Below, piece after piece: positions 40,634 through 54,400 of a stretch of DNA of 64,000 nucleotides; the first letter of the stretch is position 1, and the number at the start of each line of letters is the position of its first letter. The stretch is from Kudoa neothunni (taxonomy: Eukaryota > Animalia > Cnidaria). The notes under the pieces are model-generated. The model was not told the DNA's origin and ran no database searches. It worked only from the letters and a program-made list of their open reading frames with translations. Where the stretch lies: the NCBI GenBank assembly GCA_964304625.1, contig OZ199838.1:4981489-5045488 (forward strand), given 5' to 3'. The position numbers and the translations under genes are program-made.

Positions 40634-40993
40634 ATGATCACACAAATCAGTAAACGCAGAATAGTTGATGATAAACACGAATTTATTAAGTATTTCGAAA
40701 GTAATAAAAACAAAGAGAGTTCAGCTGTGGCTGAAAAACACTTGAATATAAAGACGGTTTTATCATTGGACAGAATATTGACCAGAAAAGAGGAAATTGT
40801 CGAATCATTAGAATATGTTTCAGCATCACTGGAAAAATATTCCATCAATTTACGTCAGGTGCAATTGGATTCTCGTGAGTTTGCCACTGAGCGGTTTTTA
40901 ACATCGATCATAACGATCACCCAAGGTAAAAATAATAAAATTTATTCATTGGTACAACTAAATGAGCGAAGCCGTATTTTTCGCGATAGTTAA
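40634..40993 (+). pseudogene. pogo/Tigger N-terminal HTH-psq-like fragment
   Basis: KRRIVDDKHEFIKYFE..VAEKHLNI..LDRILTRKEEI pattern. Confidence 0.45.
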
Positions 40994-41418
40994 AAGGGTT
41001 CATACAACCTCGCATGCGACAATACATAAAATCGGTTACCTACTTTATCTTTCTTATAAAGCTGACATTTTTAACTCATTAAATTCATAGAATGATTTTA
41101 CAGAGAAGGGTTAAAATATGAAATCATCAAAATACAATTAACAGCTGTTTTTATAAATTTAGTAAATTAACCTATCTAGCTGAAATTTGATTGATGGTTT
41201 TAACGAAATATAACTGGCCCATGCCATTATTTTTTTATATTTCTATGTAGAACTGAGGCACTCTCTATTAGAATAACCCGAAAACCACCACGTTTTATTT
41301 TTTTTCTAATCTTAACTTATGTTACGCCCGTAAGCGGATAGGACGTTCATCTAACGACGAAGCAATGCTATCCTCTAGAGTTTCTACACTTGTCGCGTCA
41401 CGCGCGTGATATGGCGTG

Positions 41419-41877
41419 GTTTTTTTGTTTACAAGGTAAAACCCTTGGCGCAACTATTAGACTGTAGAATTCTGGTTGGTCATACCTCCTCCATTAACGC
41501 TTTAGGCACCGCAGGACGTAACTTGAAACCCCGCCCCTTATCTTCATGCGGTAGTGTGGGACTTTAACCCACTAAACATCGTCGTCTCAGGGCGATCACC
41601 ACCCCGAACCCTATCCCTTTAATGACGTTGGCTCTGTGGGGACTGCAAATTACTTGCCTTTCGATGGGTTCCGGAGATTCAAACTCCTATTCACGCGAAT
41701 TTAGCTGGCAGTGTACCCCACTCCACAGCGAGCGTACACTTTAACCACAGCTCCCAAGTATGGGATAGAGACCCACTGACATGGAAGCAGTAGTCCGACC
41801 ACCAGCGAATTCGAACCTATTACCTACTAGTTCTGAATCCGAGTATCACGCCGATGTGCTATCTGTCTTCGGCTGCA
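41419..41877 (-). mobile_element. tRNA-derived SINE copy C (different head and body, shared tail)
   Basis: B box GGTTCGAATTC and A-box-like TAGCACATCGG; tail CCTTGTAAACAAAAAAA shared with copy A. 12-bp TSD TGATA(T/C)GGCGTG at 41407-41418 and 41878-41889. Confidence 0.8.
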
Positions 41878-42399
41878 TGATACGGCGTGATATGCATCAT
41901 GTATTACGCTTTTTAGAGACTCTACTATCCTCCTTGCATTTTGTCACATTAGGTAAAATTAATTTTTCTTTTATCGTTTAATTATCATACCTAATGGTTA
42001 CTGATAATATTTATTTTCTAAAATTTAATATCTTTAAAAAATCAAACTATTATACATTTTGAATTATGAAGACGTCATGCGTATTCATATTTGTTTATAT
42101 ATCGCTTTAATGAATAAAATAAAAAAGTATCAATTACTAGAGAACATTAAAATCCATAATTTGCTGCTCTATTTTTAATCAAGCTTCAAATCTTAGATAT
42201 GTCCGTAGTTACTAAAAATAAAAGTTTAACACAATAAATCATATGATCTAGCAAAACTGTAAATAAGTTTTGGCATTAACACAACATTATATAAAACAAT
42301 ATTCAACTTTCTGCACTCGAAAAATAAACAAATTAATCCATTTGAAAGAACTTAATTCCATTTATACAATCATCTACTCTTATTAAAATAATATGTTAT

Positions 42400-43860
42400 T
42401 TGTAATTATATTTTCAAATATGTATACCTCAATTTTGATATTAACACATTATTTCGTCCAGATAATCAATTCCTCTCTGCCGTATACTCCTTCTGCACAT
42501 AAAAACATTTAAATGATTCTTTTGATGATATAAATTCTACCACACGTTCATCTTCGGTTTCAAAATTAGCAGATTCAACAATCAAAGGAGTAAGCTCGTC
42601 AAAGTGTTTTGATGTAGACATAATGACTTCCTCCTGAATAATTCCGGAATCTCCAGCTGAGAATTCTTTATTTTTAAAATTAATATTTGATGAACGCTCG
42701 TATTAATCGGCTGCAGGAAATCCATATTTTCTGAAACAATTAAAAATAATATCCTTTGCAACACCGTCCCATGATTTTTTATTTAGGAACAATGTTTTAA
42801 GCGAATATTGAGAGGATGTATTTATATAACTGCTAACTGCAGCAATATGGCTTTCAGTTAAAATATTTTTGTAATTTGATTTGATTTTGAAAATGATTCC
42901 ATGGTCTAATAGTTGCAAAACGTTTGTTGAATTTTTTGTAAGGATTATAAGAGAGATATTGAACAAATGAATTTCGGCATGGCAAATGGCATTATTAAGA
43001 AATAGTAAACTTTCTTGTATGTCGATTTGAATACATTGTCAAAATTAGAAAAATATTTGGTAAATGTTTTCCTAGTCATCCATTCTTTCCTGTTTGATTT
43101 GTATTTACTATAAATGTTTTAGAATTTTTAAAACAAGGTGGTTTTTGTGATTTCCAATCACAAGAGATTCAGTGCAACCACCATGCATAGATGCATACCG
43201 CGAAATAGTAACTATTTATTAAATTTTTGTTCTCTCGACAAAACATAGCATTAAAAATAATGGACCTCTATGTTGTTAGTAAAATAGTGCAGTTCCGTCA
43301 AGGTTATAAATACAGTCATCGTTTTTACCTTTGACTTAGTCATTCAATTTAGATTACCAATTTTCTACAAAACTGTAGTCAACATAAGCCGCATCACCAT
43401 GGGCAGTGATATTTCTAAATTCCATCTTGATTTAAAACCAAGAAATCAATCATGGGTCATTGCTACGCTTAGGTTCAATTCTTTGTCAATTGGTTTCTTT
43501 CATGTATATCATGAGCAGATACTTCAATTTTTTTTATCTCAAGTAATTCACCCGGTCATATACTAAAGTATCGATGTCGTAATTTGAACACTGCTTAAAA
43601 TTTTTTCTCCCCGAAAAAGTAAAGCCAGTTTATAAGATAAAACTCTCTCCTCCTAATCAAGATAATATCTAGAGTAGAAATAGAAGGAAGCTTAAATTTA
43701 CGAAAGGTATTTTTTATAATACAATTTAGTATACTTTAAAAAAAAACAATAAATTTCTATTTTGGTTCTATTATTTCCCCATTTTTAAATTTTCCAGATA
43801 TTATAAATGTAAAAAAAGGCACAACTAAATCCGCCAAAAGCTTAAAAGGTACAGAAAATC
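42400..43860 (-). mobile_element. decayed Tigger/pogo transposase
   Basis: Fragments KNSTNVLQLLDHGIIFKIKSNYK, KSWDGVAKDIIFNCFRKYGF and KQERMDD/WMT-like. Ends approximate. Confidence 0.7.
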
Positions 43861-44437
43861 GGTTAAGCGCTAATAATAGGAAAGAACCACTTTCCTACGT
43901 TCAATTTTTAAAATTTCTGTAAATTATTACTAAAACCGACGAATAAATAAAATATATGGTTTAAAATATTAAAATAATATTTTAAGGGAAGAATGTCTGG
44001 AATTATCCAAAATCGGTTACCTATGGTATAAAAACACAGCGTCTGTCTTCTAAATTAAATGTTTTAATTGCTTTGGTCAACGAGATAATTAGTTTAATGA
44101 ACAAAACACTAGTTATAATTGAAAATTGAAATGAAAATTATTGAATCAAAGAATAAGTATAAGATTTGAGGGGAAAATCACTGAAGAGAGCTTTAAACAA
44201 CCCTGGTTAAATAGCCATAATATAGGGAGACAACATACGATAATTAAGAATCGGCAATTTAAATAGCTATAGAAATAAACAATAAAAAATTTCTGTATCT
44301 ATCTGTAAATTTCTAATCAAACCACTATACATCGCAAATTCTTTTTTAAATTCATCTTTATTTAAAAGAGATTTAAAAAATTATGGAAATTTTGCTATTC
44401 AGAAATCAGCTTTGCCTCTAAATGCCAAGTAAACGTT

Positions 44438-45988
44438 TCATTCAATGATTTGGATATTACTCTTAGCAAGCCAAGCGTTTTGTTTTATCATATTTCTTCG
44501 TTCTTTCTTTTTTTTTCTATTTTCAATCACCAATTCTCTGTATTTCTGTTTTTCAACATTGTCGCTATCTTCGGAAAGTTGTTGGTTAATAGTAACGGCT
44601 TTATTGATCCCCCTAAAAGAGCAGTTCATGAAGTTGCCAAAAGACAATGCATATTTACCTAATTATCGGAGAGCATAACCAATATTTAGGTTCTTCGTTT
44701 TTTAGGACATCTTCCTTGAAAAAAATTAATTGAGAAATTAATTAAACAACAAAATTTCACCTACTTCACACAACGACTCTAGCAACTTAATAAAATCTCG
44801 TGCTTCTTCAAATGTATTGCAGGTGGAAATGGTTACACGATATTCGTAAAACTTATTCAGACTAATCCAAAAATCAATAAAACATAACATCATCTTGAAT
44901 TTTAAATTACATATGATATAACAGTTTGTAAAGATGACTCCTCCAGTTAAGTGTGGGTGCTTTATATTTTTCAGCAAATTCTAAATATTCGTAGCTAACT
45001 TGGATGGCGTTGGGTGGTGTGTCAGTTTCAAAAATATAAGGATTTGACAGACAACCTTCTACAATACACAAATGTAAAATCCATTCTAAGAATGAGAAAC
45101 AGTACCTGCAGTCATAACTCCAACACATTTAGTGTAGTTAACACATTTATCAAAATCATCAAAATATCGGTAATTTCCGTTGGCCACAACAGGAATATTT
45201 AGCGCATTTCTAATTTAGTTCTCAATCAGCATAAACTAAACCCATACAACATACTTTATAGCAACAATGGTATCCCAACTGGCAAGCCCAGTGTTATGGC
45301 CTTTTTGTTCTCGTGTACGTCCGTGTACAGTCAGCAGCTAAATATCCATGAATAAGTGATGTTTTTTGGAAACTGATTCGTCACTTTACACCCAGATTCT
45401 TCAATCATTTTTGCATACTTAACACTCTTCTCCACACTGTCGAATATTCTAATCTTACAAAATATAGGTATTTTTGCATTTTTCGTAGCTAACGAAACTA
45501 TATACGGAAAATTAATTGTTACGAACAATTCGTATCATTATATAGGGATATGTTGCTACCCATTTGGCTAATCAAATCCCATTCATCCTGTAGAAAACAT
45601 CCATAATGACCTAAAAATGAATTAAAGCGAAACTATCTACCAAGACGCAAGAGCTACCCCTCTGAGCAATAATTTGAGGACAACCTAGATTCAGTTCAAC
45701 AGCATCACACACATTTTCCACCATCTTCGCTGCTTGCATAAATATCTCTGGATTATTGGCACAAAATTGAACAACCAACGGTCGATCACTCTCATCAACT
45801 TCCATAAGAGTTTTACGGTACGATGGGTCTCTAATGAATATAGCAGCATTCAACATTGGTGTGTAACACAGATCAGCACCGTGTTTACGCATAAACATTC
45901 TCCACGCCAATTCGGACATACTCACCATTGGGGCAACAACCCTCAATGGGGTTTTAATCACGACAGGGTTTTCTTTTCCAAACTCCAT
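44438..45988 (-). CDS. DUS1L: tRNA-dihydrouridine(16/17) synthase
   Basis: [89 protein letters not shown]. Short introns. Confidence 0.92.
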
Positions 45989-47257
45989 GGCGTGTAGTAT
46001 GCGCATGCGTATATATAATTTTACATTGGGTTTCAACCTAAAGTTAGCTAATAAATTCTGAGCAAGATTATTCAAATAATTTCGAAACGACAAGAAGTAT
46101 TTTTATATTTTAATTTCAAAGATTTCGTCAAAATACAGGAAATAAAATCAGATAAGGTTTAATTTATGCATATGTTTAATGGCCCCAAAAGAGGCCATTA
46201 GGAATTGCCCGAAATTTTATTCAAGAATCGTTTGTTTCAAAAATTAAATAAAATCTAATTTTAATGAAATAAAGTAAATGAAAGTGTAAATATTCATTGG
46301 AAGATAAATACAACTTAGGGGTCTAAATGACTCCATGTTATATTAGTGGGTTAAGATTCATGAAATTTTAAATTTTTCTGTAAATATATATCAATTTATA
46401 ATGAGGTGAAAGTATAATGGACCTTATTTTCTAGAAATGCTTTCAATAAATAATTGTTCATTTTTTGTTTAAAGATGAGTTAATATCATTGTTGTATTGA
46501 TATTTATAAAGCTTCTACATCCACGTCGATCATCAAGAAACCAACGTTGGTCTTGTTAGAAGCGTTTTAGGTAGTGTATCAAAGATAGGGCAAACTCACA
46601 TATATACTAATTATTTTTTGCCGTTATAAACTAAACTGATGAGTGCGTTCATTTGAGATGGAACAAAGTCACTGGCATTACGAGATCCCATCTAACGTAA
46701 AACTGTTCTACGCAGGAAGGAATTATGTGCAGAATAGAATATAAGGGAGCTCATTAATGTTTTTCTTAAAATCAAATATTTGTTAAAATAGCTTACTCTA
46801 ATAAGATATTTTTTTGCGTTGATCCATTATATAGCGTTAACATACCATAGATTAGGGAAGAAATATTTTCGGGTAGAGTGGCTTTTTTTTATCATGCACA
46901 AACATGTGGGAATGAATTTAGAAAAATTATGTCGAATTAACATTCATGGTAAAAAATGAATATTATTTTGTCGTCATTAATACTTGCTTTCCTTTTTTTA
47001 AATTTTTGGAAAATCTTAAATCAATATCGAGTAATAAATATTCTTTAACTTCGTAGGAAACTAGTAACGCGTCTCACTCAAAGAGAATTGTGTCAAATGG
47101 TTAAAATTAATTTATAAAAGTATAATGTCTTTGAAATAATCCATCATTGTTAAAATTACAATAAGGAAGAAAAACTTACATTTGATAATCTGAAACCTGT
47201 CACTCAGCGTTATACATAAGGAATTCATTAATTTCCCTAGAAAAAAGGTAATTTATA

Positions 47258-49030
47258 CGATCAATCCTTGTGTATAAGCCGCACCCACCATGCCAAACTT
47301 ATTTTATCCGTTACTCCAATACATTCCTTCATTCATTTAACACATTTAACACATTTAATTTAACCTAGTCGCATAAGTCATTCGCTAAGTCTACAGTCTG
47401 TGTCTGTCGTCACACTCACGCGTTGGCTGGCGGAGTTTCAATCCACCAAAGAGTGGTCTCACCTTTGCAGAGAAAGTGTTACGCCTGCAGTAAATTATAG
47501 TAAGCAAGTAACGAATCACCCAGCACATTTTTAACTATGTCATTGAGAAGGGAAAAATATGACTCCGTGTTTAAAATGAAAGTTGTGAATGTGGCTTTGG
47601 GAACTACCAACCGAAATGCTGCTGTTTTTGGCATAAATGAAAAGCAAGTTCGCAAATGGAAGAAAGCTCAAGATAGCTTGAAGATGATTCCACAATCAAA
47701 ATATGCGAGAAGAGGAAAACAATGTCAATGGCCCGAATTAGAAATCTCCTTAGTTGCTTAGGTAACAGAAACAACATTCAAATTGAGGCTATGAAGTGGT
47801 CCAAGAAAAATCGTGAGTTGTGTCAAAATTTCAAAGCTTCGCGTGGTCGGTTGTGCAGATTCATGACAAGAAATGATTTAGTTTTACGCCAAAAAACGAA
47901 ACTTGCTCAAAAGCTACCCAAAGACCTGGAAGATGAAGTAATTTCATTTCAACAATTCATCATAAAACATCGCAAGCATCACAAGTACATTCTCAACAAT
48001 ATTGGAAATATGGATGAAACTCCAATGTTTTTCGATATGGTTGGGAACAAGACGGTCAACAAAGTCGGAGAAAAAGAAATATGCGTGAAATCAACAGGAC
48101 ACGAGAAGAAACACTTCACTGTGATTTTAACTTGTTTAGCCGACGGAACTAAGTTAAAGCCGATGGTGGTTTTCAAGTGGAACGCATTTTCTTCAAAAGA
48201 AAAGTTTCCCCCTGGCATCGTTGTCCATGTCCATGTACATGAACGTGGTTGGATGAATGCCGAAGAATGTCTGAAGTGGATTAATGACGTATGGTCTAAA
48301 CGTCCTGGTGGCTTATTGAAGAAACGGTCGCTTTTGGAGTGGGACAAGTTCAAGTCTCATCTTGTTGAGCGTGTCAAGCAGCGTTCGTGGCAAAATAACA
48401 CAGACATTACTGTCATACCTGATGGCTTGATATCGATTCTCCAACCTCTCGATGTTTCACTAAATAAACCTTTCAAAGATAGACTTCGAGCAATGTGGAA
48501 TGAATGGATGATATCTGGGATCACCAGGTTACTCGTGATAGAAACCTCAATGCCCTTCTTTAAACACTGTGTATCAATGGATTCTGCAAGCCTGGAAGGA
48601 TTTGAAGCCCGAAATCATTGTAAAATCTTTCAAGAAATGTTGCATCAGCAATGCAATGGATAGAACAGTAGACGATGTTTTATAGGAGCATGACGAAGAG
48701 ACTCCACCTTCTGATTCCGATGAATTCGATCCTTACGACGACACAATTTTACCCCATGAATGAAATCAAGTGCTAGAGATGTCGCATAGTCGCATGACAG
48801 TGACCAAGACTAATTACTTCATTACTTGAGTACGAATGCTGGATATTTCCTAATGTCTTATTGTTGAATAAATTATTTCTATCATTTGCGCATTCTTAAA
48901 GGTACGTTAACCCCCAAACATAGTGACAAGTTTATAGATATAATTTTTAGACTGCGTGTATAAGCCGCACCCCAAACTTTTAAACAAAATTTTAGGTTCA
49001 CGGGCATGGCTTGTACAATAGGATTTACGG
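47258..49030 (+). mobile_element. pogo-superfamily transposon (POGK/Passer-like, BrkDBD + CENP-B HTH + DDE), disrupted
   Basis: YDSVFKMKVV..FGINEKQVRKW, IGNMDETP, WDKFKSH, LQPLDVSLNKPFK. Degenerate TIRs and repeated GTGTATAAGCCGCACCC at 47270 and 48955. Frameshifts present. Confidence 0.9.
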
Positions 49031-50309
49031 CAATAATTTTTTAGTTAATATTTAATTTTACAGATGATTTTAAATGAAAAGTTTTATTGATAAATCGTTT
49101 GAGATTGTTTATAACTATTTTTTGCTACACATTGTTATTTGTAAAAAATCAATTTTTTAACTCTGTTGCCAAATGATCATTTAAATGGACAAGAGAAAAA
49201 AATGAATCTCTGCAGGGCTCTATTTTAAATATTTGTTCTAAAATAATTTTAAATGTTAACAATTTTGACTATTAAAAAAATTACAAATAATTTTGATGAA
49301 TTATAACGCTAGAAAAAAATCGAACTTTTAAATACCGTTGTTTTCAACATTGTAATTTATTGTTGTGCATAATTGGAACATATTCTATAAATTATTTTTG
49401 CTGAAAAATAACTATTCATCGTTTTAAAATATTCATATATAATTGACAGGCGGATAAATTAAAGAAAAAATTCCACAAGGATTATTGTTATGTATTATCT
49501 AACCAATCATTATTGTCATTATTTATAATTATATAATAAAAATACTTCTTAAAAATAAATTTATATACTAAAATTCAATTTGTTGTATTTCAAAGACAAG
49601 GTGAAATTTTCATGTGATTATTTTACATGCGCATAGGATTTTTATTTAAGGTTCATTTGTTCCTGTTTAGTGACAATGGCTAAACAGAATTTTTTGGACA
49701 TTTTAACTTTTTAAATCTTTACAATTAATACTTTTTACATAATATCTTCGGACTGCAAAAAAAAATTCGTCATAGGCGGATTAAATCATCTACTTTTCAT
49801 CATCATATTATTGTCTAGTAATCAATTCTTACGAATATTCTTAAAAATAATACACATTTTAATAAGAACAAGTAAAACAGTCACGAAATCTAATGGCTGG
49901 TTGCTTACAACAACGCTCGTACGATCGACACAGTGAAATCAGCCATGCTTAATTTTACCTAACTTATTCGCGATTCCAGCCCGGTCGAACGAAACTAATC
50001 AGTTATTAAATAATCAATGTCTGCATTATTGTCTTACAATCCTCAACAGACGGTCAGTTTAAAAACCGACATATAATGCACAAATCTTATTTCCATTTTA
50101 GTGTAAGGAAAAAATTATTAATGGGATGTCGCCCACTTGGATATATTTGGAAAGGGAAGATTTAATTATATTTCAGCAATTATGCAAATATTACGCTCAC
50201 AAAAACCTCGATGAAACCAAATAATATGATCAACTATACTAAGAATGTGCACAACACTATCAACAAAATAATTGGTGCTAGGTTGCGCTTACACACACCT
50301 ACACATAGT

Positions 50310-51083
50310 CTACTCATCTTTGGCAGTATTTCTAATGGATCCACGAAGACGACCTGTACGACGAGCAGCAATAAGACCGACTTTACGTCCAGGAGGAGCA
50401 GTTCTCTTGCACGTGGATGGGAAACCAATGTGTTGATGATTACCACCACCATGAGGATGGTCAACAGGATTCATAGCAACACCACGAATTCTGGGCCATA
50501 TTTTGCTCTTGCTCTTGTATTTGTGGTAGGCGCGACCGGCTTTGAGAAGAGGTTTTTCACAACGACCACCACCAGCAACAATACCAACCATAGCACGGTT
50601 GGTCGAGGGAAGCAACTTTTTCACACCGGATGGCAACTTAACTCTCGTAACACCTAGATCTTTGTTGTGGCCAACAACCAGAGCGTAGGTTCCAGAAGCA
50701 CGAGCAATCTTGCCACGGTCACCAGTTTGGTTCTCAATACAACAAACTGCAGTACCTTCAGGTACACTGCTCAAAGGAAGTGTGTTGCCAATTTGAAGAG
50801 TGGCTCTTCTACCACAGACTAAAAATTGACCACTGTGCATACCCTCGGTAGCAACAAACAACTCATATCGGGTCTTGTGACGGTATGGATCTCTAAATTT
50901 GACTGATGCAAGAGGTGCTCCTCTACCAGGATCGTGAAGTATATCTTTAATCACTCCACGAATGTATCCTTTTCTTTCGGCGTAGTCCAATGATCTCAAT
51001 TTGGGTGCACCAATTCTTTTATGGACTTTCGCATGAAAAATAGTGGAAGAACCCTTTCTCTGTCCTCTTATAACTCTACCCAT
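50310..51083 (-). CDS. RPL8: 60S ribosomal protein L8 (uL2), intronless
   Basis: Complete 257-aa [14 protein letters not shown]...[10 protein letters not shown]...[21 protein letters not shown]. Confidence 0.98.
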   Translation of the reverse strand: MGRVIRGQRKGSSTIFHAKVHKRIGAPKLRSLDYAERKGYIRGVIKDILHDPGRGAPLASVKFRDPYRHKTRYELFVATEGMHSGQFLVCGRRATLQIGNTLPLSSVPEGTAVCCIENQTGDRGKIARASGTYALVVGHNKDLGVTRVKLPSGVKKLLPSTNRAMVGIVAGGGRCEKPLLKAGRAYHKYKSKSKIWPRIRGVAMNPVDHPHGGGNHQHIGFPSTCKRTAPPGRKVGLIAARRTGRLRGSIRNTAKDE

Positions 51084-51491
51084 TATCTAAATGTTTGATA
51101 AATGGTTGAGATAAACCAATCTACGATAGTATACCCAATGATGTCAAACTGCAACGACGAACTCAATTGTAGACGAGCGCACGTGAGGTATACACGAGTA
51201 TTGCCGACAACATTCTTCATCTTAAATTTGCTAGTTCATTGTACAAATCATAAGAAACTCAATCAAGAGATTAAAATATTTATTAAAAATGTTTTAACTC
51301 ATTTTATAAGCCATAAACAAAGTCGTAATAGATTCGGTGGTGTATAGCATGTACAATTTAGTATAAATGTATTAACGTGTTAGAATGAGTCATCAACTTC
51401 TTCTCAGCTTCTAAAAATAACTCCTCTTGAAGAAAATCTTTGTATTTTGAAACACCTCGCGCATGCGTGTCAAACGGCGGATATGTAGCTA

Positions 51492-54400
51492 CATTATTTC
51501 ACGATCAAGTTGTAGTATAGCAAAGAAATGTATCTTTTAATTATAAATATATTATTTAAATAAGTTTTCAATCATTTGTGATTTAAGACACTTTGCTTGG
51601 TATTTCTTTGAATTCTTGTAGTAATTTTTTAAATTATCCACGGTAATCCTCTCCGTTGCTTCAATCATACATTGTTTTAATTCATTTTGATTTTTTGGAT
51701 TTGACAGACGGACGATAAACTTCAACTGATGGAATAAATACTCAATTGTGTTTAAGAATGGTGAGTATGGGGAAAAAATAAAATAGTATGTCCCTCCTCA
51801 GATATAGAATCTTGGATAATTGTCGATTTATGGACGGGAACATTATGCAATATTATAAGAGCCTTTGATATATTATTTTGGCGTAAATCTTTTAAGAGAT
51901 CCAAAATAAAATATTTAAAAACTAGTGTGTTCACACTTCTGTGCTCGATATTAATGTCCATAATTTTTTTGGATTCATCGCGGCAATAAGAGTCACATTC
52001 TTAGAACAAATGGATTACACTCTTAGATTAGCTCATGTTCTTCTTTAAGGCTCAATAATTCCATTACGTCTATATATAAATTATAGAATTGTTTTAAATG
52101 GGAATTTTTACTCTGATCCTTTACGGATATTGTCAGCGCTCTTCCTAACTTAGGGTACCACAGAAATACATTTTAAAGAGTAATTAAAATCGCTAATTGC
52201 TTTATTTACACATTGTTTAGATACAACAATATTTAATTCTTCACAAATAGCTTCAAGTGATATACTACAGTCATCGATGATTAATTTTTTTGTATGATCT
52301 ATATGGTCGTCTATTAATCTTGATCGTCGATTACCACTCTTCTTGATTCGAGAACAACTCCCAGTTGAATAATACTTTTTTATTATTCTGCTAATAGTAC
52401 TTTCATGTGCCTTAACAGCTTCAGCTATTCCTCTGTTTGTTTGGCCTAACTAAGAAAATTTATTTAACTTTTCAAAAGTATCGGGTAAATTATTTTATGT
52501 GAAATAATAATAATTCCTCTAATATCGTTTTAATATTTTTAAACTTCATCTATAGCAGGGGTCGGCAACGACCGGCCCGCGAGGCTTTCAATGATAAAAA
52601 TTTGGTTGGACCGATAGAGATTGTATAATTTGTTTAATTTTTATAATCGATCGTTTCGCCGCATAAAGATGTTTAATAGCAAATTAAACGGAGTTAATTA
52701 TATATTATCCACTTTTTTAAATAGAATGTCTACAAAATAAAATAATGGTATAATATTATTATCATCAGTTTTTTTAGTAGTATTATTAATTTTATGGTGT
52801 TAGTCCTATTGTGGAGGAAGGAGAAGTTTAATTATTGATTTTTACAATTTCGACCCATCGTTTAATCATAGAAAATATTAAGTTCAACATCAAGAAAGTC
52901 AACTTTAAATAAGAATTAATACAAAATTAGTCATTTCTACGTAAAAAACGTCGAGTGCTAGTTATATTTGTATTTGGCTGCAGCGTATGGATATCCCAAA
53001 TTTATAACAGCGACGCTTCAACAATTATTCGCTCGATGATAAGATACAAAAAAAAATTAGAAGCAAGTAATATATTATAGACACCTATTATTGAGTTGTT
53101 ATTGAATATGTCAAAATTTAATGATACACGTGTTTGAACTTATTAGTCTCCTTCGTGTGTTAAATTCGTTGAAATGGAAGGCAGGAAAAGAAAAGTTGAT
53201 TCTGAAAAAAGAACTTTCAAAGAAGAGCGGACAATAAAATACTTTTTTGTTGAGCATTTTGATAGATGTCTGTGTTTAATTTGCCAAGAAAGTGTCGCAG
53301 TTAAAAAAATTACTGATGTTAAAAGGCACTACGAAACTCATCACAGTCGTTACGACGGATTTACAGAACTAGAAAGAGAACAAGAAATAGAGCGCCTGAA
53401 AAAAAACTTGACAAAACAATCACCATTTTTTACAAATCAAGTTGAAAATAATTGTAAAATTATTTGGCTAGCTATGAAATATCAAATTTGATTGTCAAAA
53501 GGATGAAGCCTTTTACTGATGGAGAATTTTTCAAAGAAATGCTATTAAAAGTTTCTGAAATAGTGTGCCCTGAGAAAAAAAAATTGTTTTCCGAAATCAG
53601 TCTATCAGGAAAAACTGTTGCGAGACGTATCGAGGATATAGCAGGAACTGTAAGAACTAAACTAATAAATGCTGTCGAATGTCTTGAATATTTTTCCATT
53701 GCTATCGACGAAACTACCGATATGACGGATACCGCACAACTTGCAGTTTTTGTGACGGGGATAACATCACAATTGGAAGTTGTTGAAGAATTTGCGAAAC
53801 TAATTCCAATGAAAAGCACTACAACAGGAAAAAATATGTTCGATTGTATCATAAAATGGATGAGTGAAATGAACCTTAACACATCAAAATTAATTGGGGT
53901 TACAACGGATGGAGCACCAGCAATGGTAGGTGACAAAAATGGGTTTGTTACTTTGCTGGATAATTATGTAGGTAATAATAGAAGTCTTATTAAACTACAT
54001 TGTATTCTTCACCAAGACACACTCTGCGCTAAGTCGTTACCTTTTAAAGAAGTTATGACGTCTGTTATAAAATCTGTAAATTTTATTTTATCCAAAGGCC
54101 TGAATCATCGTCAATTTAGAAAATTTTTTAATGACTTGGAAACTGAATACGGTGATCTGACATACTTTTCTAATATTAGATGGCTAAGTTGTGGAAACAT
54201 GTTACAAAGAGTGTACGTTTTAAAAAATGAGATTTCCGATTTTCTAGCAGCTAAAAATCAAGACGACTCTTGTTTGCAAGATCCACTGTGGCTTGCTAAA
54301 TTGGCATTTTTGACTGATATTTCCAATCACATTAATAACTTAAACCTCGAGCTCCAAGGAAAAAACAAACTTGTGTCCGACATGTTTTATCAAGTCACCT

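Noticed and set aside
41795-41873. functional tRNA gene (Leu or Sec)
   Set aside because: The cloverleaf does not close; it is the head of a TSD-flanked SINE. The same applies to 13460-13535.
45989-46093. N-terminal extension of DUS1L in the ORF track
   Set aside because: It starts at a non-ATG codon in promoter-like sequence; homology begins after the ATG at 45988.
50211-50657. 148-aa antisense ORF and other shadow ORFs in RPL8, VPS13 and the transposases
   Set aside because: These are by-products of codon bias on the coding strand and show no recognisable domains.
35168-51083. functional cluster of translation genes (eIF3f, CTU2, DUS1L, RPL8)
   Set aside because: Mixed strands, separated by transposons, and housekeeping genes are expected to dominate a reduced genome.
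53450-53491. programmed frameshift in the hAT transposase
   Set aside because: No slippery site with a downstream structure was seen; a simple indel or assembly error is more likely.
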